From the human T2T-CHM13v2.0 reference genome, Homo sapiens, in the NCBI RefSeq assembly GCF_009914755.1, contig NC_060934.1: 64,000 bases of DNA, one strand, 5' to 3'. The notes beneath the pieces were generated by a model. It made no database searches, was not told the DNA's origin, and saw nothing but the letters and a program-made list of their open reading frames with translations. Positions 1 through 13,655 of this stretch are shown here, piece after piece (the stretch's first letter is position 1; each line of letters opens with the position of its first letter). Made by a program: the position numbers and the translations under genes.

Positions 1-200
1 TAGTGACAATATGACTTTTCTCAAAGTGTACTGCATTGTTTTAATACAAAGCCAGATGTCTTTTTTGAATATTTTAAACAAAAACAAGAAATGAATGCTA
101 TTTATTAGCATGAGTTATTTATTGTCCTGATGTTGTTCAGATGGACCATTTGTTATTTTGAGAAATAAGGAATTTCCTTGCATGTTTTTTTTTTTCCAAG

Positions 201-239
201 GTATTTCATTCTGGGTAAATGAACAAAACCACGCCTAAG
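201..239 (+). other. Candidate 39-nt non-coding exon (lncRNA/UTR)
   Basis: Acceptor (T)n-ccaag ending at 200; donor AAG|GTGAGT with GT at 240-241; stops in all three frames. Confidence 0.35.
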
Positions 240-1405
240 GTGAGTTTGGGTGAAACAGCCAGCTGCAGCTTTTCCTTTCAGTCACAAATATTTATATTTA
301 TTATTAAGGCTTAATGTTTTATAATTATTATAAGTACATGAAAAAAATCTAAGAAGAGCTCTGCATGTCACATAAGTTATACTTCCATTATTTCTCAGTA
401 ATATTGCTTAATGTCCCAAGATGTTTTGGTATCTCTTCTAATTGGGTGTGGAAAATAAACTCTCTTGGTCTTAAAAGAATTGAAATGAATAATCCCTTGA
501 GAATTTTAAAACTGATTTTTCAAAGATCAAATAAATTGAGAGGATGATTTATCTGGCTACAGAGAAACAGCATGTCACCCATTGGAATACATCATTCTTA
601 CTAATACTACAATATCATTAATAGTCCATCGTCTGAGATAGAGAAAGAAACATTAATTTTAAATTCTTATTTATCAAACATATTTCATCAAATTAGATCA
701 TATATATTAGATAAATAAGTACTTATTGACCGGGCTTTATAGTAAGGAAAGACCCACTCCACTTTCAGTAATATTATTAGCCATAATTAATGTGTTTTTC
801 TTATCTAAAAATGTAAGTAGTAGCAACTACTTTATGCTGCTTGGGACACAATAGGAGATTCATAAATGTTAATTTGATTGACCCTTCTTCCCTACTGTCT
901 ATTAGTTACCATTGAAACCAAGAGGTATGAAACATGACACACCTCTTCAACGTCCAACTTTTGTGACAATACAATAATAAATCACAGTATAAAGTATAAA
1001 CAAAATATAATGTGACATATCACTATATATAATTTATCAATAAAGGGCATAGTCAATAAAATCTAACACAGTGCCAAGGTTTAAGGCTGATACCAAGCAC
1101 AAGGTGCGCACTCACTAACTACTCAATATTTAGAAAAAGCCAAATTTAGACACTAAGAGTTAAAATAAAGTAATAAAATACAATATGAAATGAGGCCATA
1201 GGACTCCAGGCTCCTATGACTAGCTGAGGATAGTCATAGAAGTTTTCTGCCTTGATAACTTGAATATCATTTACCAAAATAGGTAACTGCTTAACACCAC
1301 CTGCAAGCAAGCAAAATGCCACTCATCTTACTTTAATGCATAGTGAAAAACTATGCCAGGTATTAGATAAAAACAACTACAGCAGGTTGAATTTTATTGA
1401 TTGGG

Positions 1406-1445
<40 letters not shown>
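1406..1445. repeat. (TG)n microsatellite
   Basis: About 20 TG units with one TT interruption. Confidence 0.97.
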
Positions 1446-1450
<5 letters not shown>

Positions 1451-1469
1451 TATAGGTTTGAAAATCATG

Positions 1470-2000
1470 TTTTTCCAGAAATGTTGTACCCTCTCAGGCT
1501 AGTTCTCCAATTTTTATTTCTTTGCTCCACTCTTTGCAGTCTTTGTCCTTTCATGCTCTGGATGATTTCCTCAAGTTTATCTCTAGTGCTTTTCATTCCA
1601 TCTACTGTGTTTTTAAACTTTAAGAAATCTTTTCTTCTTTTGTTACTTTTTTCCTCCCCCACCCCATTCTCTCCCTTTCTCCATTTTTTAATTTTCCTGA
1701 AGCTCCCTCATTAAAGTAAGAATATATATTTGATGCACAGAATCAACATCTTGGATCCCTGAAGTCAGTTCATTTTTTTTTCCCTTTGGAGCTTTCTTCT
1801 ACATGGAGATTGTTTCCACTGTATTTTCTGTCTGTCTCCATGGTGGTTTGGTTGTTTAACTCTGCCTCTATCTTCCATATTAGAGTCTTTCCTCAGCTGT
1901 CTTATAATATTCAGCTATTCACAATTAAGCATTTATTGGAAGCTCTGATAGTTTTCAGGCCTGCTAATAAATTGGGTAACTGTATAATTTATGGTGCAAA
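1470..2000 (-). mobile_element. Highly decayed L1M fragment (ORF1 region)
   Basis: T-rich antisense L1-like texture; minus-strand ORF remnant 'STRDKLEEIIQS' resembles the L1 ORF1 coiled-coil region; boundaries approximate. Confidence 0.35.
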
Positions 2001-2599
2001 CCAGGACTATTTTGATAGCAAAAAAAACTTTATTAATTACTACAATAAGTCAATAGATGCAAGCCAGGATCACCAGCAAACAAGGACACATGGTGATCAA
2101 GAAAGTCCATTTATAAGATAACCTCCTTGTCAGAAGCCTTAAGTCTTTTATCTTTTATCTTGTGCTCATCAAGTATTCCAGAGTGTTTTTCTAATTTTCT
2201 TGGAATATGAAGTTTCTACTGGCAACATTCCAGAAGCTGAGGGGAAACAGAAAGCTGGGGGTGGTAGTCTTACCTTCACAGTTTAGTGACTCCAGGTCAC
2301 TTATCCCCTGTCCCCATTTTTTTCTAAGAAACTCATTTCTATCTGCTTCTCAAACAGATTTTACTCAGTCATCCTTATTTTAATCCCACTTCCCCTTTGC
2401 TTCCCAATTTAAAACTACATGAATGTTATGAATTGTAATAATTCTGTAGGGGTAAATTGAGTTGTTTCTTACCTTTCCTCACTTCAAGTTTGGGACTAGA
2501 TTTTCTCAGATCAGGGTCTGTTTCGTTGTTTATGATATTTCTTCAAATCTTAGATATCTGTTTGTAGATTGTAAAATCTAGCTTTAATTTTCATACCAC

Positions 2600-2725
2600 T
2601 AAAGGAAGAAAAAACTACCATTTAGCACATGACATACTACCAATTGTAAAATGCACTTCCAATTTTAGAGATATTAAAATGTAAATTTTTTAAAATGTGC
2701 AACTCAAAGCCAATAAAATATGGTA
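2600..2725. mobile_element. TcMar-Tc2 (MER104/Kanga-like) terminal fragment
   Basis: 'aattgtaaaatgcacttccaattttagagatattaaaatgt...aatgtgcaactcaaagccaataaaatatggta' resembles the MER104/Kanga end as recalled. Confidence 0.55.
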
Positions 2726-2727
2726 CT

Positions 2728-3415
2728 ATTCTGACAACAATCCCAACTGTGTACACTGCAGTTCAATTCTGAAATTACAACATAGAATTGGTACAGAGCC
2801 CATACGTTAAAGGACATGGTTCACAATAAGATTGCCCTTACTTCACAAGCTAGCCACAAGTTCAAGAGGTCTCAAGGACACACATGCTTCTGACCAACTA
2901 GATACAATTTGGTGGATTCCTACAATTTTTACCAATTTTGTAATTCACTAGAGTGACTTGCAGAATTAAGGAAGTGCTATACTTCTTATTGCAATTTTAT
3001 TACAAAAGATAAACTCAAGAACAGTCAGATGAAGAGATAAACAGAAAAGATCTTGCAGGGTCCTGAACTCAGAGCTTCTGAGCCCCCTCCCTGTGGAATC
3101 AGGGTCAATCACCCTTCAAGCATATAGATGTTTTCACCAATCATGAATCTCCAATGAGCTCAGTGTCTGAAGTTTTATTGGAGTTTCAGAGGTCAGGATG
3201 GCTCAAAATCTCAAAACTATAACCACGTAGTTGGCTTTTCTAGTGACCAGCACCCATTCTAAAGCTATCTAGGAGCCTACCATGAGTCACCTCATTAGCA
3301 TAAACTCAGTTGTAACCCAAGGGCTTCCAAATATCAAAGACAACTCTATCACATGGGAAGTTCTAAAGGTTTGAGAATCATCTTTCCAGGAACCAGGGGA
3401 AAACCCATACAACAG
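2728..3415. mobile_element. MER21-type solo LTR
   Basis: 'gttcaattctga...gttaaaggacatggttcacaataagattgcccttacttca...ttctgaccaact...atgagtcacctcattagcataaactcag...ccaggaaccagggga' matches recalled MER21 motifs. Confidence 0.75.
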
Positions 3416-4602
3416 GTACCAGTTGTCCATATGCTTTGCTTTCCAATTTCCAAAATTTTACTCTTTTCCCTTCTCTTCTCTTACTTAATTTATTATTGTG
3501 AGGTCTTGCTTTTAAAAACAATCACTTTACTATGTTGTCAGGTGGTTTTTCTGGAGGAAGCAAAATTGGATGCATGTATTCATTCTACTATCTTAAAACC
3601 TTAACTGAGCTGATAGACCTGAAAACACACTACAAAATTTTTATAATGCAATAGCAAGTATTAATCACAGAATAGACCAAGCAGGGGAAAGAATCTCAGA
3701 GCTTGAAGCCTGTCTTTCTGAAATAAGACAGGCAGACAAGAATGGAGAAAAAAGAAAGAAAAGGAATAAGCAGAACCTCCAAGAAATATAAGATTGTGTA
3801 AAGAGATCAAATCTATGACTGATTGGTGTACCTGAAAGAGCTGGGGAGAATAGAACCAATTTGGAAAACATATTTCAGGATATCATCCCTGAGAACTACC
3901 CCAACCTAGCTAGACAGGCCAACATTCAAATTCAGGAAACACGGAGAAGCCCAGTAAGATACTCAACAAGAAGATCATCCCCAAGACACATAATAATCAT
4001 ATTCTCCAGGGTTGAAATGAAAGAAAAAATGTTAAGGGCAGCCAGAAAGAAAGGCCAGGTCCCTTACTAAGGGAAGCTCATCAGGCTAACAGCAGACCTC
4101 TCATTGGAAACCCTACAAGCCAGAAGAGAACAGAGACCAATATTCAACATTCTAAAGAAAAGAAATTCCAACCCAGAGTATCATATCTGGCCAAACTAAG
4201 CTTCATAAGTGAAGGAGAAATAAGATCCTTTTCAGGCAAGCAAATGCTGAGGAAATTCATCACCACCAGATCTGCCTTACAAGAGCTCCTGAAGGAAGCA
4301 CTAAATATGGACAGGAAAAACCATTACTAGCCACTACAAAAACACACTAAATTACACAGACCAGTGACACTATAAAGCAACCACATAAACACGTCTGCAA
4401 AATAACTAGCTAGCATCATGATGACAGAATTGATCAAATCCATGTATAACAATACTAACCTTAAATGCAAATGAGCTAAATGCCCCAATTAAAAGACACA
4501 AAGTGGCAATCTGGATAAAGAACCAAGGCCCATTGGTATGCTGTCTTCAAGAGACCCATCTCACATGCAATAACACACATGGGCTCAAAATAAAAGGGAT
4601 GG

Positions 4603-7600
4603 GATTCTGGGAAAGATGGCAAATAGGAGACAGTGCTGATCTGAAGCTCCCACTAGGAGAGACAGAACAGTGCATGGAGACTCACATCATGGACTTTTCC
4701 TTGAGGAAACACTACAGGAGTATACCAAGAAAATGGAAAGAAATAACAGATTCTTTGAAAGAACTGGCAGGCTGCTGCAAATTCCACGAGACAGGCAAAA
4801 ACTCTGGTGCTCTCTCAGAAGTGCCACCTCCTGGACAGGGACCAACCAACTTAGGACATTACAGCAGCTCATGACAGAACAACTCTGCTCCAAGGAAGAA
4901 GAATACTATAGCCAATTCCACTGCCTGCAACATCTTGGATAACCAGTGGTCCTGTGTCTGTCTACATGAAAACTTCACTGCTAGCATAATCAGCATTCAA
5001 GAAAGTCAGCACACTAAATACTGACATACTAAATATTCACTCCCCTACCACCTCCACCACAGCAGGTGCTGGTATCCACAACTGGAGACCTGAAGATGGT
5101 TCACATTATAGGACTCTGCAGACACTTCCTAGCACCAGCTCAGAGCCTGGTAGCCCTAATGTGTGGCTATACCCACAAGAGCAATAAGAATCAGTGCACT
5201 TTGGCTTGCAGGAAGCCCTATCCCTGTGGGAAGCAGGAGTGCAGCATGTCGAGTGATCACCCCATGGGACAAAAATATCTGAACAGCAGCCATTGAGTTC
5301 CAGATGTCTCTACTGAAATATTCTACCCAAATGGTAAGGAACCAAAAATGTAATTCTGATAATATGGCAAAACAAGGTTTTATAATGCCCCAAAAAGACC
5401 ATACTAGCTCCCCAGCTATGGATCTAAAACAAGAAGAAATCTCTGAATTGCCAGATAAATAATTCAGGAGGTTGATTATTAAGCTACTCAAGGAAATACC
5501 AGAGAAAGATGAAAACCAACTTAGAGAAATTTAAAAAACAATACAGAATATGGATGAAGAAAATCTCCAAATAGATATTATGAAAGATATCATAAGAAAA
5601 AACAATCACAACTTCTGGAAACAAAAGACACACTTAAATAAACCTCAAAATACATAAAAATAGAACTTCCTTAAAGCGTAAATATCACAGAGCCTATAAA
5701 ATAATAAAACAATGAGAAAAAGGAGGTATTTAGGCAACAATGAGCATAATAAATAAAACAGTACCTTACATCTCAATACTAACATTGAAGGTAAATGGTC
5801 TAAATGCTCCACTTAAGAGATATGGAATGGCAGAATGGATAAAAATCCACCCACCAAGTATCTGCTGCCTTCAAGGGACTCATCCAATGCATAAGGACAC
5901 ACGTAAACAAGGTAGAGATGGAAACAGACATTCCACGCAAATGGAAACCAAAAATGAGTGGGGGTAACTATTCTTATATTAAACAAAACAGACTTTAAAG
6001 CACTGACAGTTAAAAAAGACAAAGAGGGACATTGTATAATGATAAAAGGGTCAGTCCAAGAGGAAAATATCACAATCCTTAATATATATGCACTTAACAT
6101 GGGAGCTCCCAAATTTATAAATGATTATTCCTAGACATAAGAAATGAGATAGCAACACAATAGTAGTGGGAGACTTCAATACTCCACTAGACAGGTCATC
6201 AAGACAGAAACTCAATAATGAAACAATGGGTTTAAACTATACCTTAGAACAAATGGACTTAATGGATATATATGCACAACATTCTACCCCCAAAACTGCA
6301 GAATATACATTCTTTTCATCAGCACATGGAACATTTTCCAGGATAGAACATATGATAGGCAACAAAAAAAGTCTCAGTAAATTTAGAGAAAATTGTAATT
6401 ATATCAAGTACCCTCTAAGATGACAGTGGAATAAAACTGGAAATCAACTCAAAAGTGAACCCTCAAAACCATGCAAATACATGGAAATTAAATAACCTGC
6501 TCCTGAGTAATCTTTGGGTCAACAGTGATATCAAGATGGAAATTTAAAAATTCTTTGAATTGGACAATAATAGTTACACGACTTATCAAAACCTCTGGGA
6601 TACAGCAACAGGGGTGCTAAGAGGGAAGTTCATAGCAATAAATGTCAAAAAGAGCACAGATAGACAATCTAAGATCACACCTCACGGAACCAGAGAAACA
6701 AGAACAATGAAACCCAAACCCAGCAGAAAAAAGAAATAACCAAGATCAGAGCAGAACTAAATGAAATTGAAACAACAACAAAAAGATAAATAAAATGAAA
6801 AGCTGGTTCGTTGACAAGATAAATAAAATCAATAGACCATTAGCAAGATCAACCAAGAAAAGAAGAGAGATAATCCTAATAAGCTCAATTAGAAATGAAA
6901 CTGGAAATATTACAGCAGATACCACAGAAACATAAAAGATTATTCAAGGCTACAATGAACACCTTTATGCACATAAACTAGAAAACCTTGAAGAGATGGA
7001 CAAATTCCTGAAAGTACACAATCCTCCTGGATTAAAGCAGAAAGATATAGAATCTCCAAACAGACCAATAACAAGTAGTGAAAATGAAATGGTAATAAAA
7101 AATTACCAAAAACAAAGTCCAGAAGCAGACAAATTCACACCTGAATTCTATCAGACATTCAAAGAATTGGTACCAGTCCTATTGACACTATTCCAGAAGA
7201 CAGAGAAAAATGGAATCCTCCCTAAATCATTCTGTGAAGCCACTATCACAATAATACCAAATACTTAAAGGGATAGAAAAATATATTCCATGCAAATGGA
7301 CACCAACAGCAAGCAGAAGTAGTAGCTATTCTTATATCAGACAAAAGAAACTTTAAAGCAACAGCAGTTAAAAAAACAAAGAGGGACATTATATAATGAT
7401 AAAAGGTCTTGTACAACAGGAAAATATCACAATCCTAAATATACATATATATATATTTATCTATTTTAATTTTTTTCAGAAGCGAGTTACTGAACTCCTT
7501 GATCTTTTGAATGGTTTTCCATGTCTCTATCTCCTTGATAATATATATATATATATATCATGGACTATATATATGTATATATCATGGACTATATATATAT

Positions 7601-9598
7601 CATGGACTATATGTATATATATCATGGACTATATATATATCATGGACTGTATATATGTATCATGGACTATATATATATAACATGGACTATATATATATAT
7701 CATGGACTCTATATATATATATCATGGACTATATATATAAAATCATGGACTATATATATATCATGGACTATATATATATCATGGACTCTATATATATATA
7801 TCATGGACTATATATATAAAATCATGGACTATATATATATCATGGACTATATATATCATGGACTATATATATCATGGACTATATATATATCATGGACTAT
7901 ATATATATATCATGGGCTATATATATATACATATTCAACAATGTGTATATATATCACTGAAACTCCAAAATTTATAAAAATTTATAAAACAATTACTACT
8001 GGACCTAAGAAATGAGATAGACAGCAGCACAGTAATAGTGAGTGACTTCAATACTCCACTGACAGCACTAGGCAGGTCATCAATCAAAACAGAAAGTCAA
8101 CAAAGAAACAATGGACTTAAACTATACCATAGAACAAATGGACTTAACAGATATTTACAGAACACTCTATCCAACAACCTCAGAATATACATTCTATTCA
8201 TCAGCACATGGAACATTCTCCAAGATAGACCATATGATAAGCCACAAAAGAAGTCTCAATAATTTTAAGATATTTATTTAAGAAAACTATATCAAGCACT
8301 CTATCAGAGCACAGTGTAATAAAATTGGAAATCAACTACAAAGGGAACCCTCAAAACCGTGCAAATGCATGGAAATTAAATAACCTGCTCCTGAATGATT
8401 GTTAGGTCAACAATGAAATCAAGATGGATATTTAAAAATTCTTTGAACTGAATGATAATAGTGATACAACCTATCAAAATCTCTAGGGTACAGCAAAGGC
8501 AGTGCTAAGAGGAAAGTTCATAGCATTAAATGCCTGCATCAAAAAATCTGAAACAGCAAAAATAAACAATATAAGGTAATTATATCAAATATCCTCTCAG
8601 ACTATAGTGGAATAAAATTGGAAATCAACTCCGAAAGAAACTCTCAAAAATATAATCTTCTCCATAGTAACCTTTGAATCAACAATGAAAGTAAGATGGA
8701 AATTAAAAAATTCTTTGAACTGAATGATAATAGTGGCATGACTTATCAAAACCTCTGAGAGACAGCAAAATCAGTGCTTAGAGGAAAGTTTATAGCATTA
8801 AATGCCTACATCAAAAAGTCTGAAAGAGCACAAATACACAATCTAAGGTCATACATCAAAGAACTAAATAAACAAGAACAAACCAAACTCAAACCCAGTA
8901 GAAGAAAAGAGATAATGAAGATCAGAGAAGAACTAAGTGGAATTGAAACAAACAAAATATAGAAAAGGGAAATGAAACAAAAAGTTGGTTCTTCGAAAAG
9001 ATAAAAAAAAAATTGATAGACCATTAGCCACATTAACCAAGAAGAGAAAAGATCCAAATAAGCTCAATTAGAAACTAAACAGGAGATATCAGCACTGATA
9101 CTACATAAATATAAAAGATTATTTAAGGTAACTATGAACACCTTTATGCACACACACTAAAAAGTCTAGAGGAGATGGACAAACTACTGAAATATACAAC
9201 CCTCCTAGATTAAATCAGGAAGAAAGAGAAACTCTGAACAGACCAATAGCAAGTAGAAAACAGTAGAAAACAAGTAGAAAAACAGACCAATCTTGTTTTT
9301 CAATAACAAGATTGAAAAAGCGATTTTTAAAATGCCGACCAAAAAGTTCAGGACCAGTCTTAAGAATGATACCATGGACTTTGGGGACTTGGGAGGAAAG
9401 GTGGGAGACAGATGAAGGATAAAAACTACTTATTGGATACAGTGTATGTACACTGCTCAGGTGATGGGTGCACCAAAATCTCAGAAATCACCAATAAAAA
9501 ACTATTCCATGCAACCGAACACCACCTATTCCCCCAAAACTAATAAAATAATAAATAAATATATATATTTTTAAAATAAAAATAATAAGTAAATAAGA
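4603..9598 (+). mobile_element. Rearranged L1PB-type element nested in the L1PA
   Basis: 5' start 'gattctgggaaagatggc'; ORF1 start near 5331; ORF2 start 5740 (VPYISILTLKVNGLNAPLKR); L1PB-type 3'UTR 9359-9545 plus A-rich tail; degenerate TSD aaaataaaagggatgg (4587-4602) / aaaactaaaggaatgg (9599-9614), 13/16 identical. Confidence 0.88.
7541..7930. repeat. Compound minisatellite [ATCATGGACT(AT)n] x19
   Basis: 19 near-identical cores starting between 7557 and 7909, separated by variable (AT)n. Confidence 0.97.
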
Positions 9599-12500
9599 AA
9601 AACTAAAGGAATGGAGGAAAATTTACAAAGCAAATGGAAAACAGAAAAATTCAGGGATTGCAATCCTTGTTTCTGTTAAAACAGACTTTAAACCAACAAA
9701 AAGCAAAAAAGACAAAGAAGGGCATTACCTAATGGTAGAGGATTCAATTCAACAAGAAGAGCTATCTTAAATATATATGCACCCAACACAGGAGCACACA
9801 TATTCATAAAGCAAGTTCTTAGATACCTTCAAAGAGACTTAGACCCCCCACAAATAATAGTGGGAGACTTTAACATCCCACTAACAATATTGGGCATATC
9901 ATTGACAGAGAAAATTAACAAAAATGTTCAGGACCTGAACTCAGCTCTGGATCAAATGGACCTCACCGCCATATCTACAGAACTCTTCACCCCAAAACAA
10001 CAGAATTTATATTCTTCTCATCGCCACATGGCACTTACTCTAAAATTGATTACATAATCGGAAGTAAAATACTCCTCAGCAAATGCAAAAGAACTGAAAT
10101 CATAATAAACAGTCTCTTGGACCACAGTGCATCAAATTAGAACTCAAGACTAAGAAATTCACTCAAAACCATACAATTACATGGAAATTGAATAACCTGC
10201 TCCTGAATGACTTTCGGGTAAACAGTGAAATTAAGGCAGAAATCAAGAAGTTCTTTGAAACTAATGAGAACAAAGATACAACATACCAGAATCTCTGGGA
10301 AATAACTAAGGCAGTGTTAAGAGGGAAATTTCTAGCACTCAATACCCACATCAAAAAGCTATGAAGATCTCAAGTTAACAACCTAACATTACAACTAAAA
10401 GAAATAGAGAAACAGAAGTAGACAAATCCCAAAGCTAGCAGAAAACAAGAAATAACCAAAATCAGAGCTGAACTGTAGGTGACAGAGACATAGAAAAGCA
10501 TTCAAAAGATCAAGGAGTTCAGGAACCCATTTTCTGAAAAAAATAAATAAATAAAATAGATAAACCTCTAGCTAGACTGATAAAGAAGAAAGAAGATTCA
10601 AATGAACACAATCAAAAATAATAAGGGGGATATTACCACTGACCCTACAGAAATACCAACAACTATCAGAGAATAGTATAAACACCTCTATGCACATAAA
10701 CTAGAAAATCTAGAAGAAATGGACAAATTCCTAGACACATACACCCTCCCAAGACTGAGCCAGAATGAAATTGAATTCCCAAACAGACCAATAAAGAGTT
10801 CTGAAATTGAGGCAGTAATAAATAGCCTACCAACCAAAAAAAGAAAGCCCAGGACCAGATGGATTCACAGCTGAATTCCATTAGAGGTACAAAGAGCTGG
10901 TACCATTCCCATTGAAAATATTCCAAAAAATTTAGGAGGAGGGACTCCTCCTCAACTCATTCTATGAGGCCAGCATTATCATGATAACAAATCCTGGCAG
11001 AGACACAACAAAAAAGATAAACTTCAGGCCAAATATCCCTGATGAACATTGATGCAAAAACTCTCAACAAAATGCTAGCAAATCAAATCCAGTAGCACAT
11101 TAAAAAGCTTATCCACCATGATCAAGTAGGCTTCATCCCTGGGATGCAAGATCAATTCAACATACACAAATCAATAAATGTGATTTATCACATAAACAGA
11201 ACTGAATACAAACTTACATGATTATCTCAATAGATGCGGAAAAGGCTTTTGATAAAATTCAACATCCTTTCATGTTAAAAACTCTCAATAGACTAGGTAT
11301 TGAAGGGACATAACTCAAAATAATGAGAGCCATATATGACAGACCCACAGCCAACATCATATTGAATGGGCAAAAGCTGGAAGCATTCCCATTGAAAACT
11401 GGCACAAACCAAGTCTTCCCTCTCTCACCACTCTTATCCAACATAGTATTGGAATTTCTGACCACAGCAACTAGGCAAGAGAAAGAAATAATGAGCATTC
11501 AAATAGGAAGAGAGGAAGTGAAGCTATCCCTGTTTGCAGACAACAGGGTTCTATATCTAGAAAACCCCATCATCTCAGCCCAAAAACTTCTTAAGCTTGT
11601 AAAAAACTACAGCAAGTTCTCAGGATACAAAATCAATGGCAAAAATTACTAGCATTTCTATACACCAAAAAAAGTCAAGTCAAGAGCCAAATCAAAAATA
11701 AATTCCCATTCACAATTGCCAGAAAAAGAATAAAATACCTAGGAATACAGCTCATAAGGGAAGTGAAACACATCTACCAGGAGAACTACAAACCACTACT
11801 CAGAGAAATCAGAGATGAAATAAACAAATGAAAAAACATCCCATACTCATGGATAGGAAGAATCAATACAGTTAAAATGCTCTTTTATAGATTCGATGCT
11901 ATTCCCATTAAGCTACCACTGACACTCGTCATAGAACTAGAACAAAATGATTTTAAAGTACATGTGGAACCAAAAAAGAGCCTGAATAATCAAGGCAATC
12001 CTAAGCAAAAAGAACAAAGCTGGAGGCATCATGCTGACTTCAAACTATACTACAGAGCTTTAAAATATACTACAGTAACAAAAACAGCATGTTCGTGGTA
12101 ACAAGAGCAGACATCTAGACTAATGGAACAGAATAGAGAACCCAGAAATAAGACTACACACCTACAACTATCCGAACATCAACCTGACAAAAGCGATGGG
12201 AAGAGGATTCCCTATTTAATAAACGGTGCTGGGAGAACTGGCTAGTCAAATACAGAAAACTGAAACTGGACCCCCTTCCTTACACCCTATACAAAAATTA
12301 ACTCAAGATGGATTAAAGACTTAAATGTAACACCAAAAGCTATGAAAACCCTGGAAGACAACCTAGGCAATACCATTCAGGACACAGTCATGGGCAAATA
12401 TTTCACAACAAAGACACCAAAAGCAATTGCAACACAGACAAAAATTGACAAATGAGATCTAATTAAACTGAAGAGCGTCTGCACACAAAATAAACTATCA

Positions 12501-13655
12501 ACAGAGCAAACACACAACCTACAGAATGGGAGAAAACTTTTGCAAACTATGCATCTGAGAAAGGTCTAATATCCAGCATCTATAAGGAACTTAAACAAAT
12601 TTAGAAGAAAACGCAATGTCATTAAAAAGTGGGCAAAGGATATGATAGACACTTCTCAAAAGAGGACATACATGTGGCCAACAATTATGAAAAAAAGCAC
12701 ATCACTGATAATTAGAGAAATGCAAATCAAAACCACAATGAGATACCATCTCAAACCAGTTAGAATGGCTAGAATTTAAAAAGTCAAAAATTATGGATGC
12801 TGACATGGTTGTGGAGAAAAAGGAATGCTGTTACACTGTTGGTGGGAGTGTAAATTAGTTCAACCATTGTGGAAGACAGTGTGTCAATTCCTCAAAGATC
12901 TAAACACAGAAATATCATTTGACCCAGCAATCCCATTACTGGGTATGTAACCAAAGAAATATAAATTATTCTATTATAAATACACATGCACTTGTATGTT
13001 CCTTACAGTACTATTTACAATAGCAAAGTCATGGAATCAACCTAAATGCTCGTCAATAATAGACTGGATACAGAAAGTGCAGTACATATACAACATGAAA
13101 TACTAAGCAGCCATAACAAAGAATGAGATCATGTCCTTTGCAGGAACATGGCCCAAGCTGGAGGCCATTATCCTTGGCAAACTAACACAGGAACAGAAAA
13201 CCAAATACCACTTGTTCTTACTTATATGTGGGAGCTAAATGATGAGAACACATGGACACATAGAGGGAATCAACACTCACTGGGGCCTATTGGAGGGTGG
13301 AGGGTAGAAGGAAGGAGAGAATCAGGAAAAATAGTGAGTACTAAGCTTAATACCTGGGTGATGAAATAATGTGTACAACAAACCCCCATGACACACATTT
13401 ACCTATATAACAAACCTGCACATCCTACACATATACCCCTGAACTTGGAATAAAAGTTGAAAAAAAATAAGAATGACATAAAGCTCTCTTTTCACTCTTA
13501 CCACAGTAGAAAATGTTAATCCATTTGCCTTGAATAGAGCAAAGAAAGGCAAGATTTTAAGATGAAGACCATGGTGGAAGACATGTAGATTTCACTGATA
13601 CTCAGTGGTCAGTGAGGACATACCTACAAGTCCTAGACATTCCATGTCTTTTTAG

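Larger units (their letters stand above)
3604..13470 (+). mobile_element. Old L1PA (L1PA13-16-like), 5'-truncated in ORF1, interrupted at 4603-9598
   Basis: ORF1 remnant ENIFQDIIPENYPNLARQANIQIQE; EN remnant CCLQETHL stops at 'ctcaaaataaaagggatgg' (4602) and resumes at 9599 'aaaactaaaggaatggaggaaaattt'; RT remnant [10 protein letters not shown] (FADD lost); 3'UTR and A-tail end near 13470. Confidence 0.93.

Noticed and set aside
7541-7930. CRISPR-like repeat-spacer array, and the YI/MD-rich ORFs across it
   Set aside because: The repeat core is only 10 bp, the spacers are plain (AT)n, there are no cas genes and the context is primate L1; the ORFs are artefacts of the repeat.
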